Source: an uncultured Bifidobacteriaceae bacterium
GTDB lineage: Bacteria > Actinomycetota > Actinomycetes > S36-B12 > CAIYMF01
Length of the DNA stretch: 64,000 nt
Assembly (NCBI GenBank): GCA_964418695.1
Contig: CAYQMN010000013.1
Span: 48-64,047, forward strand
Reading direction: 5' to 3'
Shown here piece by piece: positions 41,598 through 49,265 of the stretch. The number at the start of each line of letters is the position of its first letter. The stretch's first letter is position 1. The notes under the pieces were generated by a model. The model was not told where the DNA came from. It did no database searches and saw nothing but the letters and a program-made list of their open reading frames with translations. Both the position numbers and the translations under genes were made by a program.

Positions 41598-43076
41598 TTA
41601 CCCCTTGCCCTTGAGGGCTCGGCGCAGGGCGGCGTTGACGTGCTCCAGGACCTCCAGGCGCGCGGTGAACTTGTCGTTGGCCGGGATCACATGCCAGGGC
41701 GAGTCCGGCGAGCTCGTGCGCCGGACCATGTCGTCGACGGCCAGCACGTAGTCGTCCCACTTCTCCCGATTGCGGTAGTCCTCGTCGGTGATCTTGTGCA
41801 CCTTCTCCGGGGTCTGCTCGCGCGCCTGGAACCGGGCCAGCTGCTCGTCGGAGGAGATGTGCAGCCAGAACTTCGCGACCACGATGCCGTGCTCGGTCAG
41901 CTGGTCCTCGAAGTCGTTGATCTCCCCGTATGCCCGCTGCCACTCCCACTCGGTGGCGAACCCCTCGATGCGCTCGACCAGCACCCGGCCGTACCAGGTG
42001 CGGTCGTAGAGGACGAACTGCCCGGCCCGGGGCAGGTCGCGCCAGAACCGCCACAGGTAGTGGTAGCGCAGCTCGTCATGGGTGGGGGCCGCGGTCGAGA
42101 TCACCCGGTAGTCGCCGGCCTCCAGGGCCTGGGTGATCCGCCGGATCGCTCCCCCCTTGCCGGCCGCGTCCCAGCCCTCGAAGGCCAGCACCGTGGGCAC
42201 GCCGGCGCGCCGGGCCTTGAGCGCGAGCCGGTGCAGGTCGCGCTGCAGCATGTTCAGGTCGCGCTCGTAGGTCTTCTTGGGGGTCCGCCGTTCCAGGTCC
42301 ACGGCGTCCAGCACGGTGACGCTCTCGGCCGGTGCGCTGAGCACCTCGGGCGGCGAGGGTGGGGCGGCCGGCCGGCCCGCGAGCCGCGTGGTCAGGGCGC
42401 TCAGGATCGTGCGGCCGACCGCCACGTCGCGGTACCGGGTGTCCGTGGACTCCACGATCGTCCACGGGGAGCCGTCCACCGCCGTGCGGCGCAGCAGCCG
42501 CTCGACCTTGGGCAGGTTCTCGTCGAGCCTCTCCAGCACCTGCCAGTCGCTGGTGTCGACCCGCCAGCCGTCGTCGTCGTCCTTGGCCTTGCGGATCCGG
42601 CGGCGCTGCTCCTCGGCGGGCGTGTGCAGGTAGATCTTGATGATGAGCATGCCGTCGTTGATCAGATCCGTCTGCAGCTCGGCCAGGTGGTCGACCGCCC
42701 GCTCGTAGGCGCTGTCGCTGAGGTGGTGGGACAGGTTCTCCTGGAGCAGGCGCATGATGCCGCCGGCCATCATCGTGGTGGCGCCCTTGGGCGGCAGGTC
42801 GCGCCACACCCGCCAGTTGCGGGGGCGCATCGCCTCCTCCTCGGTGGACCGGCCCATCACCACTGTGCGGATGTAGCGGGCGTCCATCCACTCGTTGATC
42901 CGGTTGACCACCGCGTTGGCCGCCACCCGGTCGTCGCCGGCGACGAACAGCAGGACGCCGAAGTCGGCTTTGCGCAGCTTGTACTGGGCGTTGATGAGGT
43001 CCACGCGCAGCTGGGGCACGGTGGCCTTGAAGTCCGCTTTGGACAGGCGGTTGCCGACGACGGACTCGGTGATCAT
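41598..43076 (-). CDS. Two-domain PPK2 family polyphosphate kinase (polyphosphate:AMP phosphotransferase-like)
   Basis: The 492-aa protein has two PPK2 repeats. The second carries the Walker A-like FEGWDAAGKGG, plus YLWRFW and DRSWYxR-like DRTWYGR. Confidence 0.85.
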   Translation of the reverse strand: MITESVVGNRLSKADFKATVPQLRVDLINAQYKLRKADFGVLLFVAGDDRVAANAVVNRINEWMDARYIRTVVMGRSTEEEAMRPRNWRVWRDLPPKGATTMMAGGIMRLLQENLSHHLSDSAYERAVDHLAELQTDLINDGMLIIKIYLHTPAEEQRRRIRKAKDDDDGWRVDTSDWQVLERLDENLPKVERLLRRTAVDGSPWTIVESTDTRYRDVAVGRTILSALTTRLAGRPAAPPSPPEVLSAPAESVTVLDAVDLERRTPKKTYERDLNMLQRDLHRLALKARRAGVPTVLAFEGWDAAGKGGAIRRITQALEAGDYRVISTAAPTHDELRYHYLWRFWRDLPRAGQFVLYDRTWYGRVLVERIEGFATEWEWQRAYGEINDFEDQLTEHGIVVAKFWLHISSDEQLARFQAREQTPEKVHKITDEDYRNREKWDDYVLAVDDMVRRTSSPDSPWHVIPANDKFTARLEVLEHVNAALRRALKGKG

Positions 43077-43223
43077 GGTGGGCTCCTGCCGGTGTGACGT
43101 GCTGGGAAAGTAGCGCCCGAGTGCGCCTCAGTGCGCGGCCACGGGCCTGACCCGCGCCGCGGTCCCTCGCCGGGTCGGGACGGCGCGCCGCCCGACGCGG
43201 GAGGTCCGGCCTACTCTGGGCCC

Positions 43224-44330
43224 ATGCCCGGAGTGCGCTGGCCCTCGACGCTCGGGGGGAGGCATGCCCGCGAGGACCGGACCCAGGTGCTGGACCGGGC
43301 CCCCGGCGCGCCCGGCGCGGACCCCGCCGCGGGCACCCGGGTCCTCCCGGTCGATCCCGCGACCCCGCCGGTCCCGGTCGCAGCGCCGGCCTCCCCGGCT
43401 GCACCCCCGCCCACTGCCCAGACCCCGCCCGCGCCCGATCCGGCGGCGCCGACCACGCTGCTGGCCGGCCGTCGCCTGCGGGGACAGGACACCGCCGAGC
43501 CCACGCCACCCCTGCTGACCCGCGTGGAGGCGGCCGAGGTCGGCCTCTACGTCGGGGGCGTCCTGATGGCCCTGGCGGTGCTCCTGCAGGCCGCGCGCGG
43601 CTGGCAGGGGACGGCGGACTGGGTCCAGGCCGTCTCGCTCGGGCTGACCTCCTTCGTGCTGCTGGCGACTGGGTTCTTCGTGCGGCTGCCCTGGTCGCGC
43701 ACGCTCGGGCCGCAGCGGCGCCGGGCGATCTCGGTGCTGCTGGTCAGCGGGGCGGGGTTCGCCCTGATCGGCATCGGGGCGGCGGCTGACGTGCGCCGTG
43801 GCGCCGCGCAGGCCCTGCTGCTCGCGCATGTCGTGATCGCCGTGCTCACCATGGTCCTGGTCTGCCGGATCGCGCGGACTCCGGCGTCGGAGTCGGGCGT
43901 GCTGGCCGCGTCGGTGTGGGGGGTCTGGGTGCTGGCGCCGGCTGGGGCGGGCTGCTGGCTGGGCCTGGCCGCCCTGGGCATGGCGTGGGTGCTCCTGGGC
44001 ACGCGCTGGGCGCAGGGACCACACACGGCGCGGGTCACCGGCACGCTGCTCGCGCTGTGCGCGGCCGTGGGCCTGGCGCAGGGGGAGTGGAAGTGGGCGG
44101 TGGCGCTGGTCCTGGCCGGGCTGAGCGTGACCGGGCTGGTGATGTTCGTGCGGGGCGGGCCCAACCACTGGCTGGCGCTGGGTGCGGCCAGCGCGACGGC
44201 GCTGGCCGGGTCGATCACCGGGGGTCAGGGCCCGCTGCTGGCCCTGGCGGTCGGCGGGCTGGCCACGATGCTGGTCTCGGGGATCGCGCTGCGCTCGGCG
44301 ACCCGATCCACCGGCCGGCCCGCACGCTAG
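43224..44330 (+). CDS. Polytopic membrane protein with a Pro-rich cytoplasmic N-terminus (hypothetical)
   Basis: ATG 43224 opens a ~100-aa Pro/Ala-rich segment followed by ~8 hydrophobic helices. No motif recognised. Confidence 0.55.
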   Translation: MPGVRWPSTLGGRHAREDRTQVLDRAPGAPGADPAAGTRVLPVDPATPPVPVAAPASPAAPPPTAQTPPAPDPAAPTTLLAGRRLRGQDTAEPTPPLLTRVEAAEVGLYVGGVLMALAVLLQAARGWQGTADWVQAVSLGLTSFVLLATGFFVRLPWSRTLGPQRRRAISVLLVSGAGFALIGIGAAADVRRGAAQALLLAHVVIAVLTMVLVCRIARTPASESGVLAASVWGVWVLAPAGAGCWLGLAALGMAWVLLGTRWAQGPHTARVTGTLLALCAAVGLAQGEWKWAVALVLAGLSVTGLVMFVRGGPNHWLALGAASATALAGSITGGQGPLLALAVGGLATMLVSGIALRSATRSTGRPAR

Positions 44331-44465
44331 CGCCGAGCCGGGCTCGTCCACCCGCTGGCCGTGGGACGCGCCGGAACTCCGGCCTCCCCGGTGAAGGAGC
44401 CGGGCGTCCGGTCGTCCGTCGGGCGTAGCCTCGGAGATCCTGAGCCCTTCTCCGAAGGAGTGTCC

Positions 44466-44978
44466 GTGGCCCTCAACGCGTATCTCGACCTGGTCGGCGT
44501 CCAGCAGGGTCGGATCAAGGGCTCCGTCACCCAGAAGGGACGCGAGGGCCTGATCCAGGTGATCGCGGTGAACCATGGGATCCAGGCGCCGCGGGACGCG
44601 GTCTCGGGCCTGGCGACCGGGAAGCGCCAGCACGGTCCACTCGTCCTCACCAAGGAGGTGGACAAGGCCACCGTGCCGCTGCGCCGCATGCTGGTCGACC
44701 ACGAGCTGGCCTCCTCGTGGGAGCTCAAGCTCTGGTTCCCGGCCGCCATCGGAGCCGCCGGGGCCGGGGTGGGTCAGGAGAAGCAGCTCCTCACCATCCG
44801 GCTGACCGATGCCGCGATCGCGTCGATCGACCTCCAGCTGCCAAACACCAAGGACCCCGACCTGGTCACGCTCCAGCCGTTCGAGGAGGTCGCGTTCGCG
44901 TACGTGGGGATCGAGTGGATCTGGACCGACGGCGGTGTCACGGCCAGCGACGCCCTCACTCCGGGAGGTCTGCCCTAG
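44466..44978 (+). CDS. hcp: Hcp (TssD) family protein, orphan
   Basis: GTG 44466 has GAAGGAG 6 nt upstream. The 170-aa product resembles enterobacterial Hcp/TssD by eye along its full length. The matching segments are YLDLVGVQQGRIKGS, TGKRQHGPLVLTKEVDKATVPLRRML, ELKLWF and VAFAYVGIEWIWTDGGVTASD. Confidence 0.75.
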   Translation: MALNAYLDLVGVQQGRIKGSVTQKGREGLIQVIAVNHGIQAPRDAVSGLATGKRQHGPLVLTKEVDKATVPLRRMLVDHELASSWELKLWFPAAIGAAGAGVGQEKQLLTIRLTDAAIASIDLQLPNTKDPDLVTLQPFEEVAFAYVGIEWIWTDGGVTASDALTPGGLP

Positions 44979-44987
44979 GGAGCCGCC

Positions 44988-45041
44988 GACGCACCCATCA
45001 GCCCCCGAACCCTGGTGGGTCCGGGGGCTGATGGGTGCGTC
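44988..45041. terminator. Strong bidirectional hairpin between convergent hcp and cspA
   Basis: A perfect 20-bp stem joins GACGCACCCATCAGCCCCCG (44988-45007) to CGGGGGCTGATGGGTGCGTC (45022-45041) around a 14-nt loop. Confidence 0.75.
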
Positions 45042-45053
45042 AGTCTGGGTGCC

Positions 45054-45257
45054 TCAGAGGGGGCGGACCTGGTCGGCCTGCGGGCCCTTCTGCCCCTGGG
45101 TCACCTCGAACTCAACCCGCTGCTCCTCCTCGAGCGACCGGTAGCCGTTCGTCTGGATCGCGCTGTAGTGGACGAAGACGTCTGCGGAGCCGTCGTCGGG
45201 GGCGATGAAGCCGTACCCCTTCTCGGCGTTGAACCACTTGACGGTGCCTTGTGCCAT
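45054..45257 (-). CDS. cspA: Cold-shock protein (CspA family)
   Basis: The product is [35 protein letters not shown].., with RNP1 (KGYGFI) and RNP2 (VFVH). A long 5' UTR-like gap lies upstream. Confidence 0.95.
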   Translation of the reverse strand: MAQGTVKWFNAEKGYGFIAPDDGSADVFVHYSAIQTNGYRSLEEEQRVEFEVTQGQKGPQADQVRPL

Positions 45258-45503
45258 GGTGCTGTGTGCTCCTGTACTTCTGTGGGTGTGAACCGCTGAC
45301 GACGTCGTGCGTCCAACAGCCAGCACACCGTACCTCAGCACGGCGCGGATTCCGGCATGTGAGCGCGCCGAAATCTCGAGGCATTTCCGCGGAACGGCCG
45401 ATGAGTCTGGGATTCGGCGCCCATCCCGGCGGCTCAAGCGAAGGCTGCGGGCGGCCGCACGGGCGCGGGCAGCGGCCCGGGGCGGTCGCCTAGGCTGCCT
45501 CGC

Positions 45504-46643
45504 GTGCTCATCCGACACTTGACGATCGGCGGCCTGCGCTCCTTCCCGGCGCAGCCCCAGCGGGTCGATCTGGCCCCGCTCACTCTGGTCTTCGGGCCCA
45601 ATTCGGCCGGGAAGTCCTCGCTGCTCTCGGTGCTGCCGATGCTGGAGCAGACCGCGTCGCGGCCCGACGTGCTGACCATGTCCGGCGATCTGGTCGAGGG
45701 CGGCTCGTTCCGGATGGCGGTGCACCGCCACGACATCGACGCGCCGATGACCCTGGGGTTCGGCTGGACCTCGGCGGCTGGCGTGCCGCGCGAGGCCGCG
45801 ATCGCGTTCCGCTGGGACCCGCAGCGCCGCACCGCGGTCCGTGCGCGCACCTGGCTCACCGATGGCGAGGAATCCGGGGAGCTGGTGGGTGGCCGACCGT
45901 GGGGCGACCAGCCCGGGGTGGCTCTGCATCGGCGGGTCTCCCCGGAGTTCTGGGGGACGCTGGACCACGTCCACTTCGTCGGGCCGATCCGGGCGCGGAT
46001 CGAGCGGGCCACCATGGTGGGCCAGACCGGCGGGCAGTACGTCGGCCCGGCCGGTGAGGCGATGGGGGCGATCCTGCACGCGGACCCCGATCTGCTGGCC
46101 CAGGTGAACGCCTGGTGCGACCGGCTCGGCGTCGGATATCGCGTCCGCATGCTGGACATCGGCACCCAGGAGGTGGTGCAGGTCGCCGGCGAGTTCGCGG
46201 TGCTCGCCCTGGAGGACGTGCGTCACGACCCGCCGGTGCTGGTCTCCTCGCGCAGCGTCGGGTACGGGATCGGCCAGCTGCTGCCGATCATCACCCAGTG
46301 CCTGCTCACCGACGAGGACCTGATCCTGGTCGAGCAGCCCGAGGTCCACCTGCACCCACGCCTGCAGGCGGCGGTCGGCGACCTGTTCGTGGACACCGTG
46401 CGCCAGGGCCGCGCCCAGCTGCTGGTCGAGACGCACTCCGAGCATCTGGTCCTGCGTCTGCTGCGGCGGGTCCGCGAGGGCACGCTGGCTCCCGACGAGC
46501 TGGCGATCCTCTACGTCGACCTGGATGACCAGGGCGGGGCGTTCGTGCGCCGGCTGGACGTCGATGACGAGGGTGACCTGGTCGACGGCTGGCCCGGCGG
46601 GTTCTTCGACGAGCGGCTGGCCGACGTGCTGGGCGGTCGCTGA
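45504..46643 (+). CDS. ABC/SMC-like ATPase (AAA_15/AAA_21 type) with DUF3696-like WPGGFF C-terminal tail
   Basis: GTG 45504 is the start. Walker A is GPNSAGKSS (K37), Walker B-like is [13 protein letters not shown] and the H-loop is ETHSEHL. The C-terminal tail reads [16 protein letters not shown]. Confidence 0.85.
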   Translation: MLIRHLTIGGLRSFPAQPQRVDLAPLTLVFGPNSAGKSSLLSVLPMLEQTASRPDVLTMSGDLVEGGSFRMAVHRHDIDAPMTLGFGWTSAAGVPREAAIAFRWDPQRRTAVRARTWLTDGEESGELVGGRPWGDQPGVALHRRVSPEFWGTLDHVHFVGPIRARIERATMVGQTGGQYVGPAGEAMGAILHADPDLLAQVNAWCDRLGVGYRVRMLDIGTQEVVQVAGEFAVLALEDVRHDPPVLVSSRSVGYGIGQLLPIITQCLLTDEDLILVEQPEVHLHPRLQAAVGDLFVDTVRQGRAQLLVETHSEHLVLRLLRRVREGTLAPDELAILYVDLDDQGGAFVRRLDVDDEGDLVDGWPGGFFDERLADVLGGR

Positions 46644-47797
46644 TGGCCCAGCCCCCCGCCACGCCGCCCGGGCAGCCGCCCCCGCCCGCCGCGCCGCCGC
46701 GCCGTGCGGTGTTCGGGGTGTCCATCTCGGCCGACGCCCTGGGCGACCGGTCCGAGGACCCGGCGCTGCGCCGGGCGATCCACGAGGACCTGCTCGAGGA
46801 CCTCGCGGTGCACGGGCGGCTGGTGTTCACCTCCCAGCACCATCTGGACCTGTTCGTCGCCGCGGTCGCCGCGCTGCCCACCTCGCTGGCCAAGTCCTGG
46901 GAGGCGGTGCTGTCCAGTCGCAAGGTGCAGGTGGGGATCGCCCGCCCGCCGCTGGACGAGTCGCTGGGCAACCTGCTGGACCCCGAGCTCATCGAGGCCG
47001 AGCTGGCCGACGACCTGGAGCTGATCCTGGTGGAGGCCGACCAGGCCGAGCTGCTGGGCGTGGCTGCCGACGAGTTCTCCTCGACCACTCCGTCCGGGCT
47101 GGTCGAGATCGGCCGGATCACGACCGCCGGGCGCACGGTGGTGCTCAAGGCGGCTCGCGAGGTCCTGGACGCGCCGCTGCGCGAGGGGGTCAACCGGGAG
47201 GTCGAGTGGACCCAGCGGTTCGGCCCGCTGTGCGAGGGCGCCAAGCCGCTGGTCATCTACGACAAGTTCGTCGGTCAGCAGACCGTGCGGCGCTACCTGT
47301 ACGGCGCGGGCAGCGGCGACGGGCTGACGTGGTTCCTGGCCCGGGTCGGCATGGTGCCCGGGCGGCGGGTCCGGATCATCACGGCGATCACCGACGCGGC
47401 CGAGCGCGGCCAGCGCTTCGACGAGGAGGCGATGGTCGCGGCGTTCCACCGGCTGCTCGCGTCGATGGCCGACCGGGACCTGCGGCTGGACCTGGTGCTC
47501 GTGCCGGAGAAGGTGCGCGGTGGTGGCGGTGCGGGTGCGGGCGGTCGCGGGGGCGGTGCGGGGGCCGGCCGGGGTGGCGGTGCCGGCCGAGGGGTCGAGC
47601 GGTTCGGCCACGACCGGCACCTGCGCTTCGGCGAGCGGGCCGCGCTCGCGCTGGGCGCGGGGATGCAGTCGTTCGCCACGGCCACGTTCCGCGAGACGGT
47701 CACGGTCGCCCGGCTGCCAGTCCAGGACGCCAAGGCCCGCGAGGAGCGCGCGATCAAGTCCGCGGTCCGCCCTCCACCAGGCGGCTGGCTCGGCTGA
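46643..47797 (+). CDS. Hypothetical protein with a C-terminal MIT_C-like (PLD-fold) domain interrupted by an Arg/Gly-rich insert
   Basis: ATG 46643 overlaps the ATPase stop TGA 46641-46643. The C-terminal motifs are PLVIYDKFV, a variable stretch, then [22 protein letters not shown]...RETVTV. These align without gaps to my recollection of the human MITD1 MIT_C core, [22 protein letters not shown]. Confidence 0.7.
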   Translation: MAQPPATPPGQPPPPAAPPRRAVFGVSISADALGDRSEDPALRRAIHEDLLEDLAVHGRLVFTSQHHLDLFVAAVAALPTSLAKSWEAVLSSRKVQVGIARPPLDESLGNLLDPELIEAELADDLELILVEADQAELLGVAADEFSSTTPSGLVEIGRITTAGRTVVLKAAREVLDAPLREGVNREVEWTQRFGPLCEGAKPLVIYDKFVGQQTVRRYLYGAGSGDGLTWFLARVGMVPGRRVRIITAITDAAERGQRFDEEAMVAAFHRLLASMADRDLRLDLVLVPEKVRGGGGAGAGGRGGGAGAGRGGGAGRGVERFGHDRHLRFGERAALALGAGMQSFATATFRETVTVARLPVQDAKAREERAIKSAVRPPPGGWLG

Positions 47798-47874
47798 GCC
47801 CGCGGCGCCCTGCGCCCCGTCCCGTCCTCGGAGTCTGGTGGCTTTCGGTCGCCCGGGCAGGGCAGACTCATCAG

Positions 47875-47895
47875 GCCCGCGGGAGGGGCGCGGGC
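47875..47895. terminator. Short GC hairpin between convergent 46643..47797 and nagA
   Basis: GCCCGCG (47875-47881) pairs with CGCGGGC (47889-47895) around a 7-nt loop. Confidence 0.35.
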
Positions 47896-47899
47896 TACC

Positions 47900-49039
47900 T
47901 CAGCGGGCTACGGGGGTGCCGGCCGCCCACACGCCTGCGAGGTCGAGGTCGGCGGTGACGTGGCACAGGTCCGCCCGCGCACCGACGGCCAGGACGCCCC
48001 GGTCCGACAGGTCCAGCAGCCGGGCCGGGGTCGACGTGAGTGCGGCGAAGGCGTCGGCCGGGCTCATCCCCACCTGCTCGATGGCGAACTTGAGGGCGTG
48101 GTCGGTGGTCAGCGTCGAGCCGGCGATTGCCCCACCGTCGACCAGCCGGGCAACCCCGTCGACGACCAGCACGGGCAGCTCGCCCAGCAGGTACTCGCCG
48201 TCCTCGCCCGCGGCGGCGGTCATCGCGTCGGTGACCATGACGATCCGGCCCTGCGCGGCCCGCTGGGCGAACGCCGCGGCGGCCGGGTGGACGTGCACGC
48301 CGTCCAGGATCAGCTCGACGGTGACGCGCTCATCCTCGGTCAGCGCCACGATCGGACCGGGCTCGCGGTGGTTCACCGGTCGCATCGCGTTGTAGAGGTG
48401 GGTGGCGACGGTGGCGCCCGCGTCGATCGCGGCGCGCACCTGGTCGTAGGTCGCGTTGGTGTGTCCGATCGCGGCGATCGCCCCGGCATCGGCGAACCGG
48501 CGGACCGCGTCGATCCCGTGCGGGTACTCCGGGGCCAGGGTCACCATCCGGACGGTGCCCCGCCCGATCTTGATCAGCGAGTCGACCTCCGCGGGGTCGG
48601 GGTCGCGCAGGGTCGCCGGGTCGTGGGCGCCCTTGTACTCCATGGCGATCCACGGGCCCTCGAGGTGGGTGCCGGCGATGATCCCCTGCTCGGTGAGCTC
48701 GGCCAGGGCGGCCACGTCGTGGGCCAGCGACTCGGGAGTCCCGGACACGAGGCTGGCGATGATCGTGGTGGTGCCGTGCTGGCGGTGGGCCGTGGCGAAG
48801 CGGGCGACCGCCTCGGGATCGCCACCGACGACGGTTGCGCCGCCGCCGCCGTGGGTGTGGATGTCGATGAACCCGGGGCTCAGGTAGCCGCCGCCGAGCT
48901 CGACGTCCGCCGGCCGCGGCGGGGCGCCTGTGCCGAGGGCGGCGATCGTCCCCCCGTCCACCTCCAGCCATCCGTTGTCGAGGATTCCCTCAGGGGAGAC
49001 GAGCTGGGCGCCGGCGAGGATGAAGGTCATGGGAGGCAT
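47900..49039 (-). CDS. nagA: N-acetylglucosamine-6-phosphate deacetylase
   Basis: Carries the amidohydrolase motifs GFIDIHTHGGGG, HLEGP, IGHTNA and THLYNAM. An alternative start is ATG 49030. Confidence 0.9.
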   Translation of the reverse strand: MPPMTFILAGAQLVSPEGILDNGWLEVDGGTIAALGTGAPPRPADVELGGGYLSPGFIDIHTHGGGGATVVGGDPEAVARFATAHRQHGTTTIIASLVSGTPESLAHDVAALAELTEQGIIAGTHLEGPWIAMEYKGAHDPATLRDPDPAEVDSLIKIGRGTVRMVTLAPEYPHGIDAVRRFADAGAIAAIGHTNATYDQVRAAIDAGATVATHLYNAMRPVNHREPGPIVALTEDERVTVELILDGVHVHPAAAAFAQRAAQGRIVMVTDAMTAAAGEDGEYLLGELPVLVVDGVARLVDGGAIAGSTLTTDHALKFAIEQVGMSPADAFAALTSTPARLLDLSDRGVLAVGARADLCHVTADLDLAGVWAAGTPVAR

Positions 49040-49208
49040 CGTGCCGCGAAGCAGCCTGCCGCCGCGCGGTAGGCGTCGCGGAGCGGTCGCACAGGTTCCG
49101 TGCCGCGAAGCAGCCTGCCGCCGCGCGGTAGGCGTCGCGGAGCGGTCGCACAGGTTCCGTGCCGCGAAGCAGCCTGCCGCCGCGCGGTAGGCGTCGCGAA
49201 GCGGTCGC
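49040..49208. repeat. 59-bp tandem repeat x3 (third copy diverges at its end) in the nagA/protease divergent intergenic region
   Basis: Units start at 49040, 49099 and 49158: CGTGCCGCGAAGCAGCCTGCCGCCGCGCGGTAGGCGTCGCGGAGCGGTCGCACAGGTTC. Each contains an imperfect hairpin, GCCTGCCGC-CGC-GCGGTAGGC. Confidence 0.9.
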
Positions 49209-49265
49209 GTGGAGCCGTGGCGGGGCGCCGCCGGGTGGTGGTGCCGTCACGTTACGGTGTCCGGC

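Noticed and set aside
43224-47797. Looked for a T6SS or contractile-injection gene cluster around the Hcp-like gene
   Set aside because: The neighbours are a polytopic membrane protein, cspA and the ATPase/MIT_C-like pair. I could recognise no sheath, baseplate, VgrG, PAAR or ClpV-like sequences anywhere in the window, so Hcp is reported as an orphan.
49040-49208. Considered whether the 59-bp repeats are a CRISPR array or encode the repeated MPRSSLPPRGRRR.. peptides
   Set aside because: The units are directly adjacent with no unique spacers, so this is not a CRISPR array. The 59-bp period is not a multiple of 3, so no consistent reading frame runs through the array.
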